A stretch of 61,997 nt of DNA, filler included, from Platydemus manokwari (lineage: Eukaryota): assembly GCA_037951405.1 (NCBI GenBank). It is 4 parts of 4 records of this genome, joined end to end, with 100 filler letters (N's around TTAATTAATTAA, not from the genome) between each part and the next. Parts side by side here need not be neighbours in the genome. Positions count along the whole stretch, not along the records: positions 21,771 to 39,213 come from JBBMOY011066631.1; 3 more parts are not named here. The stretch is one strand, 5' to 3'. Shown one piece after another: positions 23,726 through 37,456 of the stretch. The notes beneath the pieces were generated by a model. That model was not told where the DNA came from. It did no database searches and worked only from the letters and a program-made list of their open reading frames with translations. The position numbers and the translations under genes were made by a program. Every line of letters starts with the position of its first letter. Position 1 is the first letter of the stretch.

Positions 23726-25399
23726 AATTAAAATGAAAATATACCCAAATAAAATAAGAAATTATTTCTGTGAATTAAATTAAACTTTTTAGAAATCCAA
23801 AAAAATTGTTTGAAAGAAGAGATTCCTGTTTTTTTATTTTAAAACCTTTATCGCCTATATTAGGATCTCCTTTATTTTTATCAAGTATTTAACCTGTTAA
23901 TTCTTTATCAACATTAATGCATCATATAAAATGCATTAAAATAGACACTAAACCATCCATGTTTTCAATGTTATGGGTATTTTTTTAATATTTTTAATAT
24001 TAACTCAATTTTAATTCAGTGTATTCCTTGATTGTTAATAACTTTTCATTTGTTAATTTTTGTCTCTTTACTTACTATAAAATGGCAATGATTGTTGAGG
24101 TGAATTATTTATCAAAAAATGAAAATTAACGGTTTTCACGACGAAGTTTTGAAATCCCTCAGGTCGACTTAATAAAGTTGGTCGATATATCTATGTGCTA
24201 ACCATTGGTAACGGCAGCACGGGACATTCAGACTTGCCGGCGAATTTTTGATTTTCTAAGTTTTTCGCGAGTAGAATTTTTGAGCAGACACTTGTGAAAA
24301 TTGAGAAGACCGTGTGAAATTTCTGAAATTCTGTTGGATGATTTCATCATTTGTTCGCAAACTTATTAAATGGATGCAGTAAAATATACAGTTATAAATG
24401 AAAGGTAGAATCTCTCAACAGCAATGTATTTAAATCCTTAAGAACATTTACAAACCTAAATATAAATCAATATTTAGTAGTCAGATATAGGTTTTTCGGA
24501 ACTGGGACCTATATAAACCAATGTAAAATATTTTCTCTTTGTACATCACTAATTCTAACAAAGATTTCCGTCTGTTCATAATCCAAATGTGGTAAGAACT
24601 AGAGTTAGAAGAATAACTTCAAAGTATGGAAAAGGAAGAAGTTATTATTTTATTCGAGAAAGTACACACTTCAGCAAAGCTTAATATTTTCAATTTCATG
24701 AGTTCCCTACGTTAATCTCAAAAAGTTAAATAAATATATTATGATCGCCATTATTTACTTTCTTTAATTCAATTTAATTTTCTTGTCTTAAGAAACTTTT
24801 ACAAATATTTACAGGATTTGAAATTCGTTGAATATCAAAAGTAATATCGTGAAATTCATATAAAATAGTTACTGTTGAAAATATGCAAAACTGCAAGAGT
24901 TTCTTTATATTGAGTTGTCAATTATTTGATATAAAATTTACAATATTGATTTATCGATTGTCACTGAATATTATATATTAAAAAATTTTCTGTACTTAAT
25001 TTTAGTACATTTTATTTATTCAAGACTGACAAATCAACTGCCACCAGAGCTATAGTTAGCTTTTTATAAATCAAATATTAATTGAAAACAGAGATAAGAA
25101 ATTCAACAAACAAAATACATTTATTCCATAATATTCAAACAAATTATATTTTTAATTCTCTTAGAGTTTTTAACATAAATGAATTTTTTCTTAGCCTGTT
25201 ATAGTGCAAAATCTCTAATACTTTCTCAAAATATCTAATCCGATGTTCCTCATTTTGTTATTTTGATATTAATATATTGCATAATGCTCTGTTTATTGTG
25301 ATCGCTATATTGTTTTGCCGGACCTCACTTGAGATACTATCACCCATGTATACTGGTTAATAACTGTTGTGTGATTGATAGAATTGATATAATTGATAG

Positions 25400-25722
25400 A
25401 TATATATCATAATATCGGTATTGTGATTTCATTCAAGATTTTCTATGAAATATCAGAAAAATCTTATAAAAATATATTCTTATCCAATTACATCCAAAGA
25501 ATTTTTATATTTTGGGATTTCTTGCGAAATTGAAACCAAGGATAATAATTTCGTAATTTATTGAAATTTATTCCCAATCAATAATATTTCTGAATTTATT
25601 ATTAGTTGTCAGTAACATTAATAAATCCCCTGGCAAATTATCTCGACAGAATTGAGCGAGAGAATATTTTTGATTTAATTAAATCATATCTGATTTTCGT
25701 ATTGATAATTTCTTATTTCCAA
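25400..25722 (+). repeat. Local dispersed repeat of about 200-300 bp; other copies near 35700-35998, 36605-36812 and inverted at 33620-33730
   Basis: Shared core ccaaggataataat..aatttatt..aataatattt(c/a)tgaatttattattagttg..ttaattaaatcatatctg; boundaries approximate. Confidence 0.75.
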
Positions 25723-26351
25723 AACTTTAATACTTCGATTGAATGTCATTGGTTATTGATCAATAAATTGAAAACTGCACAATGGTTAATATACATTAGT
25801 ATTATGCATGTCGCTACATGTTATATATTATAAATTATAATAAAAGTTATATTATAAGAACAGACATTGTTATGAAGGTGCACACAGAATTTTGAAACTT
25901 GTAATTCCAAATCAAGTTCTTCTTGATTTGCAGGAATAGCCAAAACCTCGAAGAATTGAGTGGCTAAAAAGGATCTCAAAAACAAGCGGAGAGGGAAGTT
26001 AGATTTTTTTAATATTAAAAAACAAACGGTGTAATTTTGAAATAGAATAAAATATTGATGCAAACGAGTTATCTTTTTATTTTATAATGTTTTTATTATT
26101 AGCACAGTTAAAATATCAAGAAAATCAAAATTTTAATAAATTTAAAATAATAATTAGTTATATCAATTTGGTCCTGCTATTTATATCATCCCGAAAGATT
26201 TTTCATGTTACATTATTGATTTATATATTATGATTATTTAATTCGGTGTTAACATAATATAATATAATTAATAAATTTAAAAAATCAATATAATAATTAT
26301 TAATTTAGTGAACTTGAAATCAGTTGAAGACATTCCTTGAATGAAAAGTTT

Positions 26352-26751
26352 TCATTGTGAACCTCTCAGAAATCCTGGCATGTAGCATTTCCTAGGTGTG
26401 TCCTCTTCATATGGTTGCTCTTTGACACATTTACCAGTTACATTTGAATGTCGTGGCCATTTGATTTTGTATCGACATCCATTTTTAGTCTCGCATCGAA
26501 GACCATTGATACATCTATATCAAATCAATAATTATAATAAATTATAATTTCATTTAAATTTACCTAGGCTGATTGCTGGAACATTCCTGTCCTTCAAGTT
26601 TACCGCAGACATTGCAACAATCACAAAAATCTTTAACATGATCAGAAGCAGAACATTCAGGTTTTGCACATTTGACGAGGTCACATTTAAAGTCAAGTCC
26701 GTCGATAGAATACGTGGCCAGTGAAACCAATAAAAAAACGAGAACAATCAT
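26352..26751 (-). CDS. Secreted single insulin-like growth factor-binding (IB) domain protein, copy A, 116 aa; exons 26751-26564 and 26514-26352
   Basis: Signal peptide MIVLVFLLVSLATYSIDG; motif CDCCNVCGKLEGQEC..PR|CINGLRC..TGKCV (IGFBP GCGCCxxC type); 49-nt GT-AG intron; ends PGFLRGSQ*. Confidence 0.88.
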
Positions 26752-29700
26752 TGCTTGGAATTGATTTTCAATTGCGGAAACTAATATTTAGTACATAAAT
26801 TGAATGATTAAAACAAGTGGAAAAGGTTCGAAATTGTCATTTGATCTTCAAACCTAAACTGGATTTTATATTTTAAAATATTTTTTGTGAAGAAATCTTT
26901 TTTGCTTTACATAATTTTATTTTACTTAATAAATTCTGATTTCAAATGATTTGTTGAAAAATTAGCTTTGAATTTTAGAAAGAATAAATTTTGGTCAAGA
27001 CTGACAAGATCGATAAATTAGATGGATAAATCGAGAACAAAAAATACCAAAAAAGATCGAAATTTTATTAAATAAACTTAATAATGCACACTTGTTTTTT
27101 CGATATCAATATTATTCTTTATTTTATTTTGGTATTCATTCCGCTTTCTATTTTTATTAAAGAGATAATTATTCTTTGTGTCCAATTAAAGTGATGTAAT
27201 TTCTTAATTCTAAATATTTATCTGACCAATATAAAACATCCAGATTAAATACTTCTCCATCAGTCTGCATTCGAATATTATTATTAACAAATTTTGTATT
27301 CGGGAAAATATTATACACATAACTAGAAAAAATAAAAAAGTAACAAAATAATCTTAATGAATTATTATTGGACTGTTCCTCATCATTATGGAATTAACAT
27401 AATGATATGCATTGTGATTCTTAATCCTTTGCATTTCCTAAATTAAAAATACTTTCATTTTCCAGTATATTACTTCACTAATGTCCCATCAGTATTTGAA
27501 CCTCTATATTTAATTCATCCGCAATATCTTTGAAATAAAAATAATAATTTTATCCATAGTTAGGATTATTCAATTTTATTTTTTTGGAATTTTTAATGGA
27601 TCGCATTATATTTAGAATAAATTTTGAATTAATATTTGTAAAACCAATATCCGCATCTTTTAACTAAATATTATATACCTCGGTCTAATTTAACAAGTAA
27701 TTTTCATTCTTCTTTCATTCTGGTAAAAAATTATTTTTTCCCCTATATTCACGATGTTATTTTTGATCTTGTGGTTCTTCATTTTCCAATTTTACTAATT
27801 TTAATACTTCTTTTTCAAGATTATCGATAAAGCTTCGTTTATAATTTTTTTATTTCTAAATATTAAACTGGACATCATTAATTCTGGCTTGAAAATTTTC
27901 CGTTCCATTTTCTAATACGATGTATTATTTTTAATTAATCAACTCGTCTGTCTTGTGAATCATTTTAAATATCATTAACATCATGTTGAATTATAATTTT
28001 ATCAATTCTATTTACTGAGGGAATTTCTTCTTTTGTTATTGGAGGAATATCATATAATTATTTACAATTCTCACCGAATCCAGTAAAAATATATACAAGA
28101 ATTTTATAAATTTAGAGAATCTAACATTTTTATATGAATAATTTTTTTATTAGTAATTACTTTTTGTGATTCGTCTCCTTCAAAATTTAAGTCCGTTAAT
28201 GTCTTCCTTTCAATGTCTTTGTCCTGTTCTTTCTCTTACTTTTACTTTGTATTTCATCTTTATCTTTGAATTTTCTTTACCAGAAAACTTTAAGTTTATT
28301 TTAATAATTTATAATACTAAAAATGGTTTTTGTTTGAAATCTAAATACAATATGTTACAACCATGAAAATATTTCTCTTATTTTATAATGTTAATTTGTG
28401 AAAAATCTTGTCGTGGAGAAGTTAATTACTCTTTAGAATATTAAAAACACCAAATTCCTGGGATTATGGTAATTTAATATTATTATCGAGAAGAATATCA
28501 AATTCCATATCATGGATTTAAAAATATTTTTTTAAAAAAGTATTTTTGATAAGAATTTTGTGAATTTTATGCAGGAAAAATCTAAAATAACTATAACCAT
28601 GACTACTAAATTTGTTGAAATTATGAATATTTTAGATTTAAATGAAAGTTAAAAATTTATTAATAGTTGATGGTTGTGCTACATGAAATTCATCAAGACA
28701 TTTTCAATGGTTATTTTACAAAAGGAACGCATAGTAATTGTGATTTGTTTATTTATCGCAAAGCAAAGTTTGATAGACCCAAAAATCAACACAAGCAGCA
28801 CTGTGCAGTAAACCAATCATTTTATTGTAATATTAAAGTCAAAGGAATTTCCAAATACAATTACGGAACGAAAATTTCAAATACAAAAACGATTTGTGAT
28901 CTGATAATTACCAAATTGGAATTCTATATAAATATATTTTATTGCTGATGAGATTGATTTTTCATTTATCGAGTAACTTTCTCGTTATCCTCTTATCCTA
29001 ACACACTCGTATCTACATTACTCAAATTGCTTTCATCAATCCAAGGGTTAATGTTCCCTTTTTAATAATAATTTTATTGTAATTCATTATATTTTTTATT
29101 ATTTCGTGTACAATCTTCTTTTGTCAATTCTTATCTTTATACTTATAAAATGGTAAAGACATTTATTATTGGATAACATATTTAAATCGATATAGTAAAA
29201 ACACGGTTATAAATGGAAGGTCATTGGTCACAATACCTCATCAACAATAAATTTAAATCATCGAAAATATTTACAAATCAATAATTAATGAATTTTCATG
29301 AAATCAATAAGTTTTTTAATACTTTAAGTGTAACATGATGGTTAACTTTAACAAATAGATAAATTAATTTCACCTTTACTTAATTTTCGTCAACAATTCT
29401 TAATAAAGAGATTCACCAGATCATGTTTCAAATGCGATAGGTGTAATCATGCAACTAGAGATCGCAGATCAGGATTGAATGCAGTTCTTAATCAGGTAAT
29501 TTAAGAAATATCAATTTATTATGATTTGATTAATTTTATAAAATCTTGGTAACCGATATAGAATGATGCTTATATATAGCTGCTTTCAAGAACATATGTT
29601 AAGAAACTATTATAAGTATCTGTAAAAACATATCGGTAAATTTATTTACTGCTATTCATGGATAAAAAATATGGAAATCTTTATTAAAATTTTAGAGTTT

Positions 29701-29957
29701 AATTTCAAAATATTGTGTTTATTTTTTTAAATAAAATTTATGGAAAATACTTTCTGATTATTTCATTTTAGATTACACCTTATCAGGATATTCGATATTT
29801 ATATCATTATTACTCACATCTCTTGACTTATTTTCTTTGATACATTTTTTATTTTTTATTTTTTCCACTGTGTCGGGTAAAAAAATGTTTTTTGATTTTG
29901 AAATGAGTTCTCGAACAGTGGTTACTCGTGATCTTAAAACAAATATTTGTATTTAAC

Positions 29958-30177
29958 TATTGATTGAAATATCGATAACCATTATTTTGATGAATTCTTT
30001 GAATTTAATTCCATCATGGATATTGATTTGTAAAATAATCGTGTAGAGGTCACTAAAATCTTTTTATATTGATTGAAATATCGATAACCATTATTTTGAT
30101 GAATTCTTTGAATTTAATTCCATCATTGATATTGATTTGTAAAATAATCGTGTAGAGGTCACTAAAATCTTTTTATA
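29958..30177. repeat. Tandem duplication, 2 x 109 bp, one mismatch
   Basis: Units start at 29958 and 30067. Confidence 0.92.
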
Positions 30178-32433
30178 ACTCTATTTCAAAAAAAGAATTG
30201 GAAGTTAGTTCTTGCTTGCAGTAATTCAAGTGTTAATTTTCCCATCATCAAATATAAAACAAAAGATAATAAAATATGAAAATTATAAAAACATTTCTTG
30301 TTTTTGAAAGATTAATTGTTGAGTATCCAGATTGTGGAAAGTCAATTACTTTTTTAAATGCTATCAATATCAGACTTTGTTTAATAGTCGATGCACCTGC
30401 ATTAATTACAATATTAGCATTGTTTCATATGTTAAAAAATATAATTCTTTATGTGAATATGTTTTAAAAGATTATGTGTGTGCTGAAGGATATGTTTATT
30501 AAGGATCATATCAAGATAAATATATGTGATGTGCTAAATAAAAGTTATGCTGATTTATATTTATCCTCACTTAATTATTATACTAAGGTTATCTATAATT
30601 CACATAATGAATCGAATGATGATTCAGATGACAAAACAATCATGAAAGCTGAGGATAAAACATAAATATTAAAAAAAAGAAAAATTAAATGTTTTGTTAT
30701 ATTTATGTAATAGATAGCAAAATAAACGTAGGTACGAAATCATCTCTCGAATCAGTTTTAATATTAAATATTTTTATATATTAAATCCAATACTTAAATG
30801 TTTTCAAGCGAGTTTTCCTGTACATGACGAAAACAAATATCTTTAGTGCAATGGATAATTGTTCAATTAAAGGATGTAGAGTTGATTCCGTTAGAATACA
30901 GAAGCTTAAAATTTCACGAAAAATCTAGAGAAACATTGCAAATTATAATACTTTGCTTAATGAAAGATATTCCTTCTATTATATTTATAAAAATGTATGA
31001 AAAAACGTCGAGAGAAGTTCCAAAACGGTAAGTAGATATTAAACCCATAAAATTCATAAAATATCTTAGCCAATTTAGAATTTGATTTCAAATATTTTTT
31101 TAAAAAATTCAGCAAATCAAGCATTTAACATATGGATTTTTTTAAGTAGAAGCTGATGTTGCTAATGGATTTATAATATAGAAATCTTCTTTTTGAATCT
31201 CTATCCATATTTCCGACAGTAAGGAACTTTATTTATTTTTTATTAAAAAAGTTGATTATATGTTTATCTTAGGGTTTTAATATTTCACTTTTATTTTAAT
31301 ATATATCCTAATTTACATTGTCAAAAATTATTATATCAAAATTTATTTAACACTAAAAATTACAATAAAATATAATGAATCCATGGAAAATTCTGTCTCA
31401 TATTTTGTCAGATGTTGAATTTATTTTATCCCCATTTCAATCTATTAAAAAATTAAAATAGAACAATTTCGTGATATATTTTGAAATTATTCATTTTATT
31501 TTTGCCAGTAATATTGATGATTTTAAAATATTGTTGATGTGATCAGTTAATTAATTAACCAGAAAAGAAAATTTGAAATTAAAGTAAAATGAAAATATTT
31601 TATCAAAAAATACGAATTTATATTTATTATAATTTCATGAGTATTTATTATATAATAATTATAATTGCTTTATTTATCTAATTAAATAATATTTGGTAGT
31701 TATAAATAGGCTAAATAATTGGAAATAATCTTCTAAAATTATAATTTATTCAAGTTAACTATTTTATTCATTAATAACATCTAAGAAAAGCGTAAAAACT
31801 TTTATAATCGTAATAATTCCTTTAAAAATATTCAAATAAATCACATAACTGTAAACCGTAGATAGATTGCTACTAATACTACATCAATCAAATTCTTTTC
31901 GAACACATAATATTAAAGCCACAATAATGTAAATTAATATTAAATGTTTAAAATTTCCAACCACAAGCTTTTCCATATATGACAATGAAATAAATAATAA
32001 TAATTTATTAATAATAAAACAAAACTTTAATATTTTGCCACCAAATTAATTTTAAAACTTTCACAATATAGGAGTTGATAATTAAAGGAAGCAACATATA
32101 AATCAACATTTATAACACCACCTAGCCTAAATTGTCAAATCTACTCAAACAGCACTTGATTAATGAAGTGAACCTTTGACAAACCTGTTCACTATGAAAA
32201 ATACTCGCCTCCACCGTCATTGATTAGTAAACACGTGTTATTTATTTGCCAGCTTACATGAAACACAATTCCATGTTTCAACACAAAGTTTTCCGCATTC
32301 AATTCGAGATCTCACATTTGATTGGTGATAATATTTTACAACCTTGTATAGCACATACGATTGTCAAAAATAATCTAAATTTTATTAAATCTTGAAAATA
32401 ATATTGATTTATATTTTGACAAATCGTTTCGTT

Positions 32434-33130
32434 TCATTTCACATAACGATGACCATATACCTCCACTTCACAAAAAGTAGTTGCACTTTCATTGTTTGTT
32501 TTCGCAATCACGATTGATCTTGCACCTAAATGTAAATTTTAACCAGCGAAACCATGATTAAACTTAACAAGTCTAGTGAAATCCAACGTTATTTTGTATT
32601 GTATTTCGCTCTAGTGGTCCTTTGTAATATTGTATAAAATAAAATTTTGAGGATCCATTTTTAAAATCGTTTTCCGTTTTTATAGATTGGATAAAAGGAA
32701 AAATTTGAAGTTCGATGAACAAGTTCGATAAATAAATTATAAAAAATAAAGCCATGATTTTCAGTTCTAAAATAAAATCTGATTCTTGTAACAACGGATA
32801 AGGCATTAAGGCCTACCATCTATCGTTTCTCGTTATTTACCGCAAAGCTATGATAGCACGATAGTGAAATGTGAAGAATATTCAAGAATATACAAATATA
32901 ACAATTTGATATTCCAAACCTTGAAAGTGTTTCCATTATAATTGCCATCCACCGCTTTTTCAGCTATAGCATTTTCTACCCAAGAAGGTTTATTAAAATT
33001 ATTTGCAGCAAATGTGGTGGCATTTTTAGAAATCATTTCTACTCAAACATAATCAAATCAAACATAATCAAATATTACCATTTTCAACAAGAGCAAGACT
33101 GGCAAGAGCTCCAACATAAGCGATAAGCAT
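32434..33130 (-). pseudogene. Secreted F-type lectin (fucolectin, F5/8 type C fold), probable pseudogene
   Basis: Signal exon MLIAYVGALASLALVEN (33130-33079); exon 33038-32920 AEKAVDGNYNGN; then SCYHS..KR*MVGL..VTRIRFYFRTE; last exon from 32525 GARSIVI..TFCEVEVYG. In-frame TAG at 32820-32822 where Trp is expected, and no AG acceptor for intron 2. Confidence 0.72.
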
Positions 33131-33882
33131 TATAAAATGTCAGCTAAATGAAATGCAATCAGAATTACTTTTAGCAAATAAATAATGATAAAACACATAC
33201 AGCTTTTGTAAAGACAAAACAATGGATAGAAAAAACTTGCCTTCCCAACCATCTATCTTTATCTAGTTGAGAGTGAAATATTTACATTGAAATGAAATTA
33301 CACAACTTTGTCATTCCTTAGAAAATTAACACGTCTTTCTCAGAATATTTTTATTAAAAATTGATTTGCAGTCACAATAAAAATGTGTACCAAAATGACC
33401 TATATATCTTCAAAAATATATTTCTTAAAAAGAAAGAGCACTGTTGAATTGAATTGAATTTTCGATATAGTATTTTATCTTATTCAAAATAACAAATCTA
33501 TTTATTTATATCACAGACACATTTTCTATTTCTGGTCAACTAATATGTCAAGTTTTTGGCATAGGCTAATAATAATGTTTCTTACGCAGACAGATATTTT
33601 CTTTACAAAAAAGTATCCCACAACTAATAATAAATTCAGAAATATTATTGATTGGAATTCTTGAATAAATCTCAATAAATTACCTGATTATTTTCCTTGG
33701 TTTGCAATTTTTAATGAAATTCTAAAATATAGGAATTATTTTGAAATTATTGAGTGACGAAATTTTTTCATACGTGTTAGTTGCTAAAACTTATACGTCT
33801 TTAATTTTCTAATAAAGGAACAACAGAACAAAAAAATACATAATTATAAGACATCGATTTCAAACAAATTTATATATATAGC

Positions 33883-35520
33883 TCATGTTTATATGCAGGC
33901 TACTTAGAAAATTTTGGATCTGTAGCGTTATAATTTTCTTTGTCAATCTTTTTTTGTACAAATAGTGGTTGAAATATCGCTAGTCATTTCATCTTAGTGA
34001 TTCAATACTCTAACTCATGTTTTCTCATTGCGTGAGATCCTCAAGCTATGACAAGTGCACTCTCTTGGTTATTTCTGCCATAAAACTGTTCTCATTGTGC
34101 CAAAACTTACATCGGTATACGAGATGAATTATTTATTTTAATCACAAGATCGGTTATTCTTTCAGAGCATTTTTATGTCCTCGAATGTCATCCTACATGC
34201 TTCATTCATTATAATTATTTCATTATTTTTACCTCACAATAATTCTAGTGTCTTTGATTTCTTCGAATAATATCCGCAAATTCTATGTTGTTATAATTTT
34301 GTTTTATTCAATTTTCATCAAATTTATATTCATTGGTTGTTTTTTTAATATATCGGTTAAAGTTTTTGTTATTTTTCTGATTTTTTTTAATGTTTTATAG
34401 CAGAAAAAATATTTGACTTTTGTTCTAATTTTGTATTCGATATTATTTTAAATAGAATCATTATTTATCATTTACATCATTCTTTAGCTGACGCGTAAAA
34501 AACTTAAATACTTGATTAAAGATATAAAATATAATACCACAACCTATCATTGATTGTATTCGTTATACATTAATTATCTGATTATTATCCTAGCTTTGCA
34601 TTTTCTGTTGAAATCTCAAGGTATAAGAATTATTTGGATCAAATATGGTTAGAAAATATCTTCGTTTTTAATATTAAAATCAAAGAACATGTTTTCAACA
34701 TTAAATATATATTTAAAATACATAAAATTTAAACAAATTTTAAAATATTTAAAATATATTTCCTTCTGATTTATCTTCTTATATTTAAAATAAAATGCTC
34801 ATTATCTTATATTATATCTTTAATTTTAATTTATATTTACTTTTAGTAATTTCACTAATCACAACAAATTTTTAAAATTGAGAGGTTAACAGTAATTTTT
34901 AAGCAAGGCCATTTCATAAAAATCAATATCGTATAATTGTTTCGATAATTATTTTTAAAGTATCATTTAATTCATCTTTTTCTTTAATTAACATTTAGTT
35001 GTTGTTTTTCTGTCGTTATTTTATTTTTCTTCTACTGATTTCTTGCTTGTAGTTACTTGTTAATTTAGATTTCGGTATGATTCACAATGATTTATAATTT
35101 CTTTGATTTCTTTTCCCATGACTTTCATATCGAAATTATTTTTTATATATTGTGTGATTTTTTTTCCGTTCTGGCGTTTTTTTGTATATTTCGGTTTACT
35201 TTTACCTTTTTGATTTGACGTTAAAAGTTTTTCATTCCTTATTCATTGATTTTTTTAATCATTGGACTTTCTGTTCTCTTTTATTTTAAGTAATTCAAGT
35301 ATTGTAATTTTAAAAGCAAGATCAGTTCAAAATTTTATTTTCTCTAATTTCATTTTCGAAATACTTTTTCTACAACTTTGAAGTGCTTCGCAGCTTCATT
35401 TAAACACAGTAATTTGTTGTGCCGTGGCATATTGTTGAGTTATTCTTGCAATCCAGTGTTAGGAAAAACTGGAACCGACGTATCATTTGTGAAAGAATTA
35501 CATTATAAATGTGAAAAAGT
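33883..35520 (-). mobile_element. Heavily decayed Gypsy-like pol remnant (RT-RNase H linker; possible protease trace near 35450-35490)
   Basis: MNEACRMTFEDIKML and FISYTDVSFGTMRTVLWQ resemble W.E.C..AF..IK.L and F.LYTDAS....GAVL.Q. Confidence 0.5.
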
Positions 35521-37063
35521 AAAAAAAAATTATAAAGGTTAAAATATTTTCAAAAATTAGTGCTGAGAAGACAGTAATTTTATTCAGGATCCCATGTGTA
35601 ATATTAGGAAAATATTATAGTATAAAACAAATATTTATTAGTATTATTATCATTTATTATCTGAATTTAACAGTCACCCATATGTCAAAAATGATAAGAA
35701 GAGAATTATATTCAAGATCTTCTATCAAATATTAGAAAATTGAAATAGAAGTAATTTCTCACCCAATTATATCCAAATAATTCTTATATCTTAGGTTTTC
35801 ATTAAAAATTGCAAAACCTAGGATAATAATCAGGTAATTTATTAAAGTTTATTCATAAATCCTATTTAATAATATTTATGAATTTATTATTAGTTGTTGA
35901 GTAACATTAACAAACTACAGATAAGTTCCACACTATCTTGATAGAACTGAGCGAGGTAACATAGTTGAGAATATTTTCAACTTAATTAAATCATATGTGG
36001 TTCAATCATAATCATGACACCTCTATTGATTTGTCAATATCTGTTATGGGATTGATATAATTCTCTATTACCCGTATCTATACATTTTCTTTTTAAAAAA
36101 AGACACTGTAACGAGTTTCACTAACAGCTACTAATTAATTCCAAATTGAAAAGAAAATACTTCTTGATCGATAAAATATGTACCTCAGGCATATCCAAAA
36201 CATTCATCAAGTTTATGTTATCATCATTTATTATTTGAATTCAACGATAACATATTATTGCCAAAAATAATCAATATACAAAGTTAATTCAAGACCTTTT
36301 ATAAAATATTGAGAACATTTGATGAAAATATGTCTTCACCCGATGTATCCAAACAATACTTATGTATTAGTTTATCACATTAAATGACAAAATGTTAACT
36401 AGAGCTAACAATTAAGTTTATCGATAAACTGTGTATTTCAAGTTTAACTCAAACATATACCAATTTTATTTATGAATGCCGAAAATAATCGAATAAATCA
36501 TTTCTTTCAAGACCACTTACGCAATATTGAGAACATACGATAAAAATATATCCCCACTCGATTACATCTTTATCTTAGGATGTCATATTAAACGAAGAAA
36601 TAAAAACCAAGGATAACAATCAGGGAATTTATTGATTTTTGTTCATAAATCCCAATCAATGATATTTATGAATGTTTTATTGTTATTGAGTAATATTAAG
36701 AAATTCCGGTAAACATAAACTCGATGGAATTAAATAAGATAACATAGCTGAAATAATTTTCAAAATAATTAAATCATATCTGATTTTCGTATCGATAATT
36801 TTTTCTTTCCAATAAATCATTATTTAGATAGAATATCACTTCTGTTACCCATGTCGTGCTGAAAGATTCGTTTATGAAAAATTATTTATTTATATTTTAT
36901 AAAATAATCAATAAATTTACAAATCGATATAATAATAATAATAATAAGTATAATAATAATAATAATTATTATTAATATTATTATTATTACTATTATTATC
37001 AGATTATTTTAGAAGAACTTGAATTCATTTAAAGAAATTGATTTATTAAAAATTATAATGATT

Positions 37064-37456
37064 TCATTGTGAACCTCTCAGAAACTCTGGATCATAACAT
37101 TTTGTATCCGTGTCGTCTTCACCTGGTCTCTCTTTGACACATTTACCAGTTACATGTGCATACCACGGTAGATTATTTTTGTATCGACATCCATTGCTAG
37201 TCTCGCATCGAAGACCATTTATACACCTTTACCAAATCAATATTTATTATAAATTCAAATCAATTTATCTAGGCTGAAAAGTGGTACAATTCTGTCCTTC
37301 ATGTTTACCGCACACATTGCAACAACGACAAATATTTTCAACATGATCAGAAGCACGACAATCAGGTTTTGCACATTTCACACGATCACAATTGCAATCA
37401 AGTCCATCGATAAAATACGTGTAGTAAGAAACCAATAAAAAACCGAGAACAATCAT
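37064..37456 (-). CDS. Secreted single IB-domain protein, copy B, 116 aa if spliced; exons 37456-37269 and 37226-37064; donor is AT rather than GT (possible pseudogene)
   Basis: Paralog of 26352-26751 with identical exon lengths (188+163 nt); CRCCNVCGKHEGQNC; both exons open; intron 37268-37227 reads AT...AG. Confidence 0.8.

Noticed and set aside
27150-28400. Possible decayed Gypsy gag/pol on the minus strand (IFLLDS; MMRNSP)
   Set aside because: Motifs are too short and degenerate to call by eye.
30276-31031. Short ORFs with IVDAPA resembling a CMC/EnSpm-type transposase
   Set aside because: A single short motif, no TIRs or other catalytic motifs seen.
32820-32822. In-frame TAG as evidence of stop-codon reassignment or readthrough
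   Set aside because: Other genes translate cleanly with the standard code, and this gene has additional splice lesions consistent with a pseudogene.
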